DNA from: Eubacteriales bacterium
Lineage (GTDB): Bacteria; Bacillota; Clostridia; Oscillospirales; SIG627
Direction of reading: 5' to 3'
Length of the DNA: 60,841 bases
Assembly: GCA_045531285.1 (NCBI GenBank)
Contig: JAZSDT010000083.1
Span: forward strand, 1 to 60,841
This document shows positions 27,334-36,043 of the stretch, in pieces; positions within the stretch are counted from its first letter, which is position 1, and the number at the start of each line of letters is the position of its first letter. The notes beneath the pieces were generated by a model. That model was not told where the DNA came from and searched no databases. It saw only the letters and a list, made by a program, of their open reading frames with translations. Both the position numbers and the translations under genes were made by a program.

Positions 27334-29616
27334 ATGCAACAGATTACAGGTCTTGATTTTAAAATCAAGGAAATGGCAGGGCGTATACGAGAGCTTCGTG
27401 AAATCGTAGGACTTACTACCGAAGAAATGTCAAAGAAAACGGACGTATCCGTACAGGAGTACATAAGCTGTGAAAAGGGAGAAAGCGACCTTACCTTCGC
27501 TTTTATCTACCGTTGCGCTCTTGCACTCAACGTTGACGTTACGGATATTATCGAAGGTCACAGCCCTAAGCTTAAAACCTATACCGTAACAAGAAACGGG
27601 CTTGGTCAGAAAATCGAGCAGGCTCACGGTATGACGTATTACAGTCTTGCTTCCGAGTTCAAAAACAGAATTGCGGAGCCTCTTTACGTACGTGCCGCAT
27701 ACAATGACGATAACAGCGATATTGAGCTTACCACACACGCCGGTCAGGAATGTGACATTATCATTGAAGGTCACCTCAAGGTACAGGTTGGTGAGCACAC
27801 CGAGGTTCTCGGCCCGGGTGACAGTATCTACTATAACAGCTCGGAACCTCACGGTATGATTGCCGTAAACGGTCACGACTGTCTTTTCTACGCAATAGTT
27901 CTTAATCCCACAGGTGAATCCATTCCCGAGCTCATCCCCCATCCCACTGTCACTACCGAAAGACAGCTTCCCCGTGACACAGAGGATAGAGTATACCGCA
28001 ATTTCATTGATACCGAAGAGGATGAAAACGGCACACCTACTTCCATAAAATTCAAGAATACCGAAAAATTCAACTTTGCATTCGACATTGTTGATGCCAT
28101 TGCCGACAAGTCGCCCGACAAACTGGCAATGCTTCACATAGATGTAAACAAGAACGAAAGACGCTTCACTTTCAAGGATATGAAGAAGATGTCTGCTCAG
28201 GCGGCAAACTACTTCAAGTCACTTGGTATCAAGAAGGGCGACAGAGTTATGCTCGTTCTCAAGCGTCACTATCAGTTCTGGATAGCAATGCTTGGTCTTC
28301 ACAAGCTGGGTGCTATTGCGGTGCTTGCGACAAATCAGCTTCAGGAGCATGATTTTGAATATCGCTTTAATGCCGCGGGAATTTCTGCAATCCTCTGCAC
28401 AGCAGACGGAGATACAGCGCATCAGGTTGAGCTGGCAATTGAAAACTCCCCCACAATGAAAACCAAGATAATAGTTGGAAAGGACCGTGAAGGATGGCGC
28501 AACTTTGACGAGGAGCGTTCACTCTTCTCCACACATTTCAACAGAACAGAGGATACTCCCTGCGGAGACGACCTGATGTTGATGTTCTTCACGTCGGGAA
28601 CAACGGGTTATCCCAAGATTGCGGCACACTCCTGCAAGTATGCACTCGGTCATTTCCATACGGCGAAATACTGGCACACAGTTGACCCCGACGGACTTCA
28701 CTTTACCATTTCCGACACGGGATGGGCTAAGTCCATGTGGGGCAAGTTCTACGGACAGTGGGTATGCGAGGCGGCAACCTTCGTTTATGACTTTGACCGC
28801 TTTGACGCTGCCGATATTCTGCCAATGTTTGCAAAATATCAGATAACAACCTTCTGTGCTCCTCCCACAATGCTTCGTATGATGATAAAAGAGGACATTT
28901 CAAAATACGACCTCTCTTCCGTTAAGCATATGACAACAGCAGGTGAAGCACTGAACCCCGAAGTATATAACCAATTTGAAAGGCTGACAGGACTTCAGAT
29001 ACTTGAAGGCTTCGGTCAGACAGAAAGCACTATGATAATAGGCAACCTTGTAGGAACGTCACACAAGGTCGGCTCTATGGGTAAGCCTGCTCCCATTTAC
29101 GACGTGGAGCTTCTTGATGCAGACGGTAATCCCGTCAAGGACGGTGAAAACGGAGAAATCTGCGTAAACGTTAAGAACGGCGCTCCTTGCGGTCTGTTCA
29201 CGGGTTATTATCTCAACGAGGAAAAAACACGCGAGGTATGGCACGACGGATATTACCACACAGGTGACGTTGCATGGCGTGATGAGGACGGCTTCTACTG
29301 GTACGTCAGCCGTGTTGACGACGTTATCAAGTCATCGGGCTACCGTATCGGTCCTTTCGAAATAGAAAGCGTAATAATGGAGCTTCCCTACGTTCTGGAG
29401 TGCGGTGTATCTGCGGCTCCCGACGAGGTAAGAGGACAGGTAGTCAAGGCGGGCATCGTGCTTGTTAGGGGAACCGAGCCTACTGAAGAGCTTAAAAAGG
29501 AGATACAGAACTACGTTAAGAGCAGAACTGCTCCCTACAAGTATCCCAGAATCGTAGTGTTCAAGGATTCTCTTCCCAAGACTGTCAGCGGAAAGATCCA
29601 GAGGAACAAATTATAA
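27334..29616 (+). CDS. Fusion protein paralog: XRE-type HTH + cupin + AMP-forming acyl-CoA synthetase
   Basis: 760 aa from the ATG at 27334 (GGAGG RBS; the ORF-track start at 27208 lies inside the riboswitch). Same architecture and motifs as 24723..26987. The ligase part is highly similar. Confidence 0.85.
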   Translation: MQQITGLDFKIKEMAGRIRELREIVGLTTEEMSKKTDVSVQEYISCEKGESDLTFAFIYRCALALNVDVTDIIEGHSPKLKTYTVTRNGLGQKIEQAHGMTYYSLASEFKNRIAEPLYVRAAYNDDNSDIELTTHAGQECDIIIEGHLKVQVGEHTEVLGPGDSIYYNSSEPHGMIAVNGHDCLFYAIVLNPTGESIPELIPHPTVTTERQLPRDTEDRVYRNFIDTEEDENGTPTSIKFKNTEKFNFAFDIVDAIADKSPDKLAMLHIDVNKNERRFTFKDMKKMSAQAANYFKSLGIKKGDRVMLVLKRHYQFWIAMLGLHKLGAIAVLATNQLQEHDFEYRFNAAGISAILCTADGDTAHQVELAIENSPTMKTKIIVGKDREGWRNFDEERSLFSTHFNRTEDTPCGDDLMLMFFTSGTTGYPKIAAHSCKYALGHFHTAKYWHTVDPDGLHFTISDTGWAKSMWGKFYGQWVCEAATFVYDFDRFDAADILPMFAKYQITTFCAPPTMLRMMIKEDISKYDLSSVKHMTTAGEALNPEVYNQFERLTGLQILEGFGQTESTMIIGNLVGTSHKVGSMGKPAPIYDVELLDADGNPVKDGENGEICVNVKNGAPCGLFTGYYLNEEKTREVWHDGYYHTGDVAWRDEDGFYWYVSRVDDVIKSSGYRIGPFEIESVIMELPYVLECGVSAAPDEVRGQVVKAGIVLVRGTEPTEELKKEIQNYVKSRTAPYKYPRIVVFKDSLPKTVSGKIQRNKL

Positions 29617-30278
29617 TGAAATATAAAAGAATAACGCTTCTTTCAGGTCATTACGGAAGCGGAAAGACAAATATAGCGGTCAACATGGCATTTGAGCTGA
29701 AGCAACAGGTTGAAAGCGTTGTGGTTGCCGATATGGATATAGTCAATCCCTATTTTCGTACAAAGGACAGTCAAAAGGAGTTTGATGAGGCAGGAATAAA
29801 GCTTATTGCATCCGCCTTTGCAGGCTCTAACGTAGACCTGCCCTCTCTTCCCCAAGAGATGTACTCACTGACAGATGACCGCACAAGCCACTGCATACTT
29901 GATATAGGTGGTGATGAACGCGGAGCGTTGGTGCTTGGAAGATATGCGCCTATGATAAAGGAAGAAAACGATTACGAAATGCTTTTCGTTTTCAATGCCT
30001 GCCGTCCCTTGACACCGGATGCCGACTCGGCACTGGAGGTTATGAGAGAAATTGAATGGGCAGGAAAGATACCCTTCACAGGTATCATAAACAACTCAAA
30101 CATCGGAGAGGAAACAACTCCCGAGACAGTTTTGTCATCAATGGAAAAAGCAAACCAGCTGAGTCAAAAAGCCGGTATTCCATTGGTTATGACCTCGGTT
30201 CATTGGAAGATATTTCCCTCCCTTGAAAATAAAATACCAAATCTATTCCCATTAAAACTTCAAACAAAAATCATGTAA
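29616..30278 (+). CDS. P-loop NTPase (SIMIBI class; CooC/MinD/G3E-like ATP/GTP-binding protein)
   Basis: Walker A LLSGHYGSGKTN, Walker-B-like ILDIGGD. 220 aa. Start overlaps the ligase stop (TAATG). Confidence 0.6.
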   Translation: MKYKRITLLSGHYGSGKTNIAVNMAFELKQQVESVVVADMDIVNPYFRTKDSQKEFDEAGIKLIASAFAGSNVDLPSLPQEMYSLTDDRTSHCILDIGGDERGALVLGRYAPMIKEENDYEMLFVFNACRPLTPDADSALEVMREIEWAGKIPFTGIINNSNIGEETTPETVLSSMEKANQLSQKAGIPLVMTSVHWKIFPSLENKIPNLFPLKLQTKIM

Positions 30279-30290
30279 GGAGTGTAAAAA

Positions 30291-30497
30291 ATGCCTAAGC
30301 TTACTTTTAAAACAGACAACTGTAAGGGCTGTGGACTTTGCGTAGATGCTTGTCCCAAGGGCGTTCTTGCAATTGCCAAGGAAAAAATCAACAAAAAAGG
30401 TCATCACCCTGTTGAAGCGGTGAAAGAGGACGCTTGTATCGGTTGTACCTTCTGTGCTACCATGTGTCCCGACTGTATAATCAAGATTGAGAAATAG
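30291..30497 (+). CDS. 2-oxoacid:ferredoxin oxidoreductase delta subunit (2x[4Fe-4S] ferredoxin)
   Basis: CKGCGLCVDACP and CIGCTFCATMCP cluster motifs. 68 aa. Confidence 0.85.
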   Translation: MPKLTFKTDNCKGCGLCVDACPKGVLAIAKEKINKKGHHPVEAVKEDACIGCTFCATMCPDCIIKIEK

Positions 30498-30512
30498 AAA
30501 GGTCGTGAAATA

Positions 30513-31580
30513 ATGGCAGATAAAGTATTGATGAAAGGTAACGAAGCCATTGCCGAAGCCGCAATCGTTGCAGGCTGCCGCCACTACTTCGGTTACCCTA
30601 TTACTCCCCAAACTGAAATTGCCGCTTACATGGCTAAGAGAATGCCTAAAATCGGCGGTTGCTTCCTTCAGGCTGAAAGCGAAATTGCCGCTATCAACAT
30701 GGTATACGGCGTTGCTTCCTGCGGTAAGCGTGTTATGACATCATCCTCAAGCCCCGGAATCTCACTTAAGGGCGAAGGACTTTCCTACCTTGCAGGTGCG
30801 GACCTTCCCTCCCTTGTTGTAAACGTACAGAGAGGCGGCCCCGGTCTGGGCGGTATTCAGCCCTCGCAGTCAGACTACTTCCAGGCTACAAAGGGCGGAG
30901 CACACGGTGATTTCCACATGATAGTTCTTGCTCCCGCTTCCGTTCAGGAAATGGCTGACCTCACAGTTCACGGCTTTGACCTTGCAGACAAGTACCGTAT
31001 GACTTCCATGATACTTGCCGACGGTACAATGGGTCAGATGATGGAGCCTGTTTCTCTTGACCTTGACGTTAAGCCCATGCCCGAAAAGCCTTGGGCTACA
31101 GTGGGAACAAAGCTCGAAAGATTCCACAATATCACAAACTCACTTTCTCTTGTTCCCGAAGAGCTTGAACAGCTCAACTTCAAGAGATACGAGCGTTATG
31201 CTGAAATAGAAAAGAATGAAGTTATGTACGAAGAGTATATGATGGAGGATGCAGAGATCTGTATCGCCGCATTCGGCATTGCTTCACGTGTTGCCAAGAA
31301 CGCTATCGTTGAGGCTCGTGCTCAGGGTATCAAGGTAGGTCTTATACGTCCTATCACCCTTTGGCCCTTCCCCAAGGCTCCCTTCCTCAAGGCGACCGAA
31401 AAGGTACATTCATTTATTTCTGTTGAGCTTTCTATGGGTCAGATGATAGAGGACGTACGTCTTGCTACAGAGTGCCGCCGTCCCGTGACACTTGTAAACC
31501 GTGCAGGCGGTATGATCCCCTCACCCGAACAGATCCTCGAAGCAATTAAAACTGCTCACAAAAACGGAGGTGCAAAATAA
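30513..31580 (+). CDS. 2-oxoacid:ferredoxin oxidoreductase alpha subunit (VorB-like, ketoisovalerate-type)
   Basis: KVLMKGNEAIAEAAIVAGCRHYFGYPITPQTEI is the N-terminal signature of the POR/VOR/KOR alpha family. 355 aa. Confidence 0.85.
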   Translation: MADKVLMKGNEAIAEAAIVAGCRHYFGYPITPQTEIAAYMAKRMPKIGGCFLQAESEIAAINMVYGVASCGKRVMTSSSSPGISLKGEGLSYLAGADLPSLVVNVQRGGPGLGGIQPSQSDYFQATKGGAHGDFHMIVLAPASVQEMADLTVHGFDLADKYRMTSMILADGTMGQMMEPVSLDLDVKPMPEKPWATVGTKLERFHNITNSLSLVPEELEQLNFKRYERYAEIEKNEVMYEEYMMEDAEICIAAFGIASRVAKNAIVEARAQGIKVGLIRPITLWPFPKAPFLKATEKVHSFISVELSMGQMIEDVRLATECRRPVTLVNRAGGMIPSPEQILEAIKTAHKNGGAK

Positions 31581-32347
31581 TGGTAGTATTTGACAAACCC
31601 CATGCACTTGCCGACCTTCCCATGCACTACTGCCCCGGCTGTACACACGGTATTATTCACCGTCTTGTTGCCGAGTGTCTTGATGAACTTGGAATTGAAG
31701 GAAGAACCATCGGTATCGCACCCGTTGGTTGCTCGGTTATGGCATATAATTATTTCAACTGCGATATGATTGAAGCGGCTCACGGACGTGCTCCTGCCAT
31801 TGCTACAGGTGTTAAGCGTGCTGACCCCGAAAATCACATAGTATTTACATATCAGGGCGACGGTGACCTTGCCTCTATTGGTATGGCAGAAACCGTACAC
31901 GCAGCAGCGCGTAACGAGAACATCACCGTTATCTTTGTAAACAATGCAATCTACGGTATGACTGGCGGTCAGATGGCTCCTACCTCACTTCCCGGTCAGG
32001 TTACTCAGACCTCTCCCTACGGACGTGACACCAACCACTGCGGATTCCCAATCAAGGTATGCGAAATGCTCTCTGAGCTTGACGGACCTGAATATCTGGA
32101 AAGAGTTGCCGTGAACAACGTGAAGAATGTTAAGGCTGCTAAGAAGGCTATTAAGAAGGCGTTTGAAAACCAGATAAACAATAAGGGCTTCTCACTCATC
32201 GAGGTTATTTCAAGCTGTCCTACAAACTGGGGTATGACACCTCAAAAGGCACTTGAATGGGTTGCAGATAAAATGATTCCCTACTATCCTCTCGGTGTAT
32301 ATAAGGATAGAACAGCGGGCATTGTAAAGGGGGATAAAAATGACTAA
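31580..32347 (+). CDS. 2-oxoacid:ferredoxin oxidoreductase beta subunit (TPP-binding)
   Basis: YCPGCTHG, GDGD...NNAIYGMTGGQ TPP/Mg motif. Start overlaps the alpha stop. Confidence 0.85.
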   Translation: MVVFDKPHALADLPMHYCPGCTHGIIHRLVAECLDELGIEGRTIGIAPVGCSVMAYNYFNCDMIEAAHGRAPAIATGVKRADPENHIVFTYQGDGDLASIGMAETVHAAARNENITVIFVNNAIYGMTGGQMAPTSLPGQVTQTSPYGRDTNHCGFPIKVCEMLSELDGPEYLERVAVNNVKNVKAAKKAIKKAFENQINNKGFSLIEVISSCPTNWGMTPQKALEWVADKMIPYYPLGVYKDRTAGIVKGDKND

Positions 32348-32870
32348 TCAGTACGTTTTTGCAGGATTTGGCGGTCAGGGTATCCTTTTCGCAGGTAAGC
32401 TCCTTGCATACAAGGGTCTGACAGAGGACAAGCAGGTTTCATGGCTTCCCTCCTACGGTCCCGAAATGAGAGGCGGTACGGCAAGCTGTTCCGTTATCAT
32501 CAGCGACACACCTGTAGGTTCTCCCATTGTTTCCAATCCCGACATACTCATCGCTATGAACCTTCCTTCTCTTGACAAGTACGAGAATCTTGTAAAGGCA
32601 GGCGGTATGATATTCTACGATTCTTCTCTCATTGAAAGAGAAGTTAAAAGAGATGACGTAAAGGCGTTCCCCATTCCCGCAACAAAGCTTGCAGACGAGA
32701 ACGGAACTCCCACACTTGCAAACATGATAATCATGGGTAAGGTGCTCAAGGAGACAGGCGACTTCACAGACGAAGGCGTTCTTGCAGCTCTCAAGAAGGT
32801 AATTTCCGCTAAGCGTGCGGATATGCTTGACGTAAACCTTAACGCTATGAAACTTGGACGCGATTATTAA
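32340..32870 (+). CDS. 2-oxoacid:ferredoxin oxidoreductase gamma subunit
   Basis: [17 protein letters not shown]...[11 protein letters not shown] is typical of gamma subunits. 8-nt overlap with beta. Confidence 0.85.
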   Translation: MTNQYVFAGFGGQGILFAGKLLAYKGLTEDKQVSWLPSYGPEMRGGTASCSVIISDTPVGSPIVSNPDILIAMNLPSLDKYENLVKAGGMIFYDSSLIEREVKRDDVKAFPIPATKLADENGTPTLANMIIMGKVLKETGDFTDEGVLAALKKVISAKRADMLDVNLNAMKLGRDY

Positions 32871-32886
32871 TTGGAGGCGAATTTAA

Positions 32887-33951
32887 ATGGAAATTTCAAT
32901 CACTCGCGCAAAGGAGCTCAAGGCTAAGCCTGACAGTTCCACACTTGGCTTCGGTAAAATATTCACCGACCATATGTTCATAATGGACTATTCGCAGGAG
33001 AAAGGCTGGCACGATGCAAGAATCGTTCCCTTCGGCCCCTTCCCCATTCATCCCGCATCAACCGTTCTTCACTACGGCTCGGAAATCTTTGAAGGACTCA
33101 AGGCATACAGAATCGCCGACGGCTCGGTACAGCTCTTCAGACCTATGGAGAACATCCGCCGTCTTAACAGCTCGGCTGAGCGTCTGTGTCTCCCCGAGAT
33201 TCCCGAGGACCTTGCTCTTGAGGTACTCACAAAGTTCGTTGAATTTGAAAAGGACTGGACACCTGCTGCAGAGGGTACTTCTCTCTACATCCGTCCCTTC
33301 CTCTTCGGTAACGACGAGACACTTGGTGTACACGCAGTACACAATGCAACCTTTATGATAATCCTCTCTCCTGTAGGAAGCTACTATAAGGAAGGTATTA
33401 ACCCTGTTAAGATCATGATTGAAGCTGATGACGTAAGAGCTGTAAGAGGCGGTACAGGTTACACCAAGTGCGGCGGTAACTATGCGGCAAGTAACAGAGC
33501 AGGTCAGAAGGCTGAAGCTCAGGGATACGCTCAGGTACTCTGGCTTGACGGTGTTGAAAGAAAGTATATTGAAGAAGTTGGCGCCATGAACGTTATGTTC
33601 AAAATCAACGGCGAGATCGTTACTCCCATGCTTTCAGGCTCTATCCTTCCCGGTATCACAAGAAAGTCTTGCATTGAAGTTCTCAAGTCCGAGGGCTACA
33701 AGGTAAGCGAGAGACTTCTCAGCGTTGATGAGCTTGCAGAGGCTCTTGAAAACGGAACTCTTGAAGAGGCTTGGGGAACAGGTACAGCAGCAGTTGTATC
33801 GCCCATTGGCGAGCTTGCTTACAAGGGCAAGAAGTTCATCATCAACGAAGGTAAGATCGGCGAGGTCACTCAGCATCTTTACGATACTCTCACAGGCATC
33901 CAGTGGGGTAAGATCGAAGACAAGTTCAACTGGACCTACAAGCTTAATTAA
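32887..33951 (+). CDS. ilvE: Branched-chain amino acid aminotransferase (fold type IV)
   Basis: 354 aa. FGKIFTDHMF, LHYGSEIFEGLKAYR, GGTGYTKCGGNYAAS, ILPGITR and GTAAVVSPI motifs of IlvE type II. Confidence 0.9.
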   Translation: MEISITRAKELKAKPDSSTLGFGKIFTDHMFIMDYSQEKGWHDARIVPFGPFPIHPASTVLHYGSEIFEGLKAYRIADGSVQLFRPMENIRRLNSSAERLCLPEIPEDLALEVLTKFVEFEKDWTPAAEGTSLYIRPFLFGNDETLGVHAVHNATFMIILSPVGSYYKEGINPVKIMIEADDVRAVRGGTGYTKCGGNYAASNRAGQKAEAQGYAQVLWLDGVERKYIEEVGAMNVMFKINGEIVTPMLSGSILPGITRKSCIEVLKSEGYKVSERLLSVDELAEALENGTLEEAWGTGTAAVVSPIGELAYKGKKFIINEGKIGEVTQHLYDTLTGIQWGKIEDKFNWTYKLN

Positions 33952-33968
33952 TTTATAAGCGTTTTAAA

Positions 33969-34004
33969 GGGGAGCATTCTTTTGAAATCAAAAGAATGCT
34001 CCCC
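33969..34004. terminator. Bidirectional hairpin terminator between ilvE and the convergent amidohydrolase gene
   Basis: 15-bp stem GGGGAGCATTCTTTT/AAAAGAATGCTCCCC. Confidence 0.7.
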
Positions 34005-34038
34005 CTCTACCGTTCAAGAAAGCTTGTCAGGTCATATT

Positions 34039-35148
34039 TTATAAAAATATACCTTTTTCTTTACAATCGTTAAAAATGGAAAAGCGATTTATTTCATTTG
34101 TCAACAGGCTATCATATTTCTTTATATAGGCTGAAAGCGCCTCTGTATCTATTTGACGAGGTCTTTGTCCTACACGTTTCAAAAAATTCCCGTAAAAGAT
34201 TTTATCAAGAGTGTCCTCGTCCAACGCCATTCCTTGCACATCCATTCCTGCCATTTTGAAGGAATCATCTGTCAAAAGGAATCGATAAACACAAGGTATC
34301 GAATAACCTCCTCCTCTTGTCGAATAATCGGAACCAAACATTATTCTGTCAGAATATTTGAGGAAAAACTCTCTCCAATCCGTTATGTTTTCACTCATAT
34401 AGTGAAAATTACTCGGGCCTGGTGTAATATCTATGCACACGTTAGGATAATCGTCAAGAAGCTTTTCAAGGCGTTCGCGCTGCGTTGTCATATAGAACAT
34501 ATGTGCAAACGTTACCTTAAGTCTCGGATATCGTCTTAATATTTCATAAACCTCACCGTAAACCTCTTCTCTGTCGGGATTCTCGGAATTTGCAAATTTC
34601 ACGTCATTCCAATGCTCAATCGGGTCATTTACGTGCCACAGAATATGTATTTGCTCTTCTTCGATCCTTTTAAACAGCGGTGCAAATCCCTTGTCAGTAA
34701 AAATAGCTTTCAACTCCATTTTTGCCTTTGGATGAGTTTCAAGCATTTTTACTCCGTCAAAGCCGATTTTCATCAATTCGTCAAGCTGTGTATCAGGCTC
34801 AAATCCTTTTTTAAACGGAAAGCTCACAGGTCTGTCGGGATATACAAGCCCACCATGTGCAAAAACCTTTTTGTTTTCCTCCTTCAACAGTGCAGCCATA
34901 ATATTTTGTGCAGCATCTCTGCCTATATACGGAATACACGCAATGTTGACATACTCATAGTTGCGGGAATCAATAAAAGCGTTTACCGATTCTTTATAGT
35001 TATGGGATACGGGTGCATCCTTCCAACCGAATCGTTCTATTTCCTTGAATGGAGTTATAAACTGTCGGTAGTCCTCGTGATTCAAATCCGTCGAATCCAT
35101 CCAATTTGAAATATGAATATGTGAATCTATGACCTTAATTGTCTTCAT
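34039..35148 (-). CDS. Amidohydrolase-family (metal-dependent TIM-barrel hydrolase) protein
   Basis: VIDSHIHISNW N-terminal HxH, WHVNDP, and FGSDYS near the C-terminus. 369 aa. Confidence 0.65.
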   Translation of the reverse strand: MKTIKVIDSHIHISNWMDSTDLNHEDYRQFITPFKEIERFGWKDAPVSHNYKESVNAFIDSRNYEYVNIACIPYIGRDAAQNIMAALLKEENKKVFAHGGLVYPDRPVSFPFKKGFEPDTQLDELMKIGFDGVKMLETHPKAKMELKAIFTDKGFAPLFKRIEEEQIHILWHVNDPIEHWNDVKFANSENPDREEVYGEVYEILRRYPRLKVTFAHMFYMTTQRERLEKLLDDYPNVCIDITPGPSNFHYMSENITDWREFFLKYSDRIMFGSDYSTRGGGYSIPCVYRFLLTDDSFKMAGMDVQGMALDEDTLDKIFYGNFLKRVGQRPRQIDTEALSAYIKKYDSLLTNEINRFSIFNDCKEKGIFL

Positions 35149-35373
35149 ACTTCCTCCGTATAAATCTGTTTGCAGTTATTATAACCGTATTTTGCTCATT
35201 TGTCAACTTGACAAATTCTGTAAACCGTGTTAAAATACAACCATTAATGGAGGCTCAAGCGATAAAACTTGCTCTGGCTACTAATATGTGCGACTCATGT
35301 GGGGCTATTGCCGTACGTGTGTTGTTTTGTACGTATGGCACTTGCTGTACGATTTTTATTTTGGAGAACCGAT

Positions 35374-35958
35374 ATGAATTTAAGTATTTCTTTTTTTATA
35401 ACAAGTATAATGCTGGGTGTAGGTCTTGCTATGGATGCTTTTTCGGTCTCACTTGTAGCAGGGCTAAGCGAACCTTGTATGCAACGCCGTAAAATGACGG
35501 GGGTTGCAGGAACCTTCGCCTTCTTCCAGGCACTGATGCCCATGATAGGATGGCTGTTGGTACACACGTTATTGGAATTCTTTCATTCATTTGAAAAATT
35601 CATACCTGCTATAGCATTGGTGCTTCTTGCTTACATAGGAATCAAAATGATAATTGAAGGTAAGCACTGTGAGGGAGAAGAATGTAACTGCCGTAAGCTG
35701 ACCTTATCTGCACTGTTGATACAGGGAATTGCCACGTCAATCGATGCTCTGTCGGTAGGACTTGAAATTGCAGCCTATTCCGTGCTTCAGGCACTTATAG
35801 TTGCACTTATTATCGCCGCAATTACGTTTGTTATCTGCTATGCGGGGATCATGATTGGCAAAAAGACAGGTACCTTACTTTCGGGCAAGGCAAGTATTTT
35901 CGGCGGTGTGATACTCGTTCTAATCGGAATCTATATATTCGCAAAAAGCTTTTTGTGA
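35374..35958 (+). CDS. mntP: Manganese efflux pump MntP
   Basis: Two DUF204 repeats: LGVGLAMDAFSVSLVAGL...MPMIGW and GIATSIDALSVGLEIA...IFGGVILVLIGIYIF. ATG at 35374 after a GGAGA RBS. Confidence 0.85.
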   Translation: MNLSISFFITSIMLGVGLAMDAFSVSLVAGLSEPCMQRRKMTGVAGTFAFFQALMPMIGWLLVHTLLEFFHSFEKFIPAIALVLLAYIGIKMIIEGKHCEGEECNCRKLTLSALLIQGIATSIDALSVGLEIAAYSVLQALIVALIIAAITFVICYAGIMIGKKTGTLLSGKASIFGGVILVLIGIYIFAKSFL

Positions 35959-36008
35959 TTCTGTGGCAAGGCTGATTGAAGAATTTTAGGGACAGTAGAA
36001 AAAAGTAC

Positions 36009-36037
36009 TTGACAAATCAATTTCATCGTGGTATAAT
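36009..36037 (+). promoter_or_regulatory. Sigma-A promoter of T-box leader 3
   Basis: TTGACA (36009-36014), 17-nt spacer, TATAAT (36032-36037). Confidence 0.75.
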
Positions 36038-36043
36038 CTATCA

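Noticed and set aside
24723-33951. Alternative reading of the ligase-VOR-ilvE cluster as a BCAA fermentation (Stickland-type oxidative) pathway.
   Set aside because: T-box control induces the genes on tRNA uncharging, i.e. on amino-acid shortage. The ligases are also AMP-forming (activating) rather than ADP-forming or transferase-type energy-conserving enzymes. The alternative is not formally excluded without experiments.
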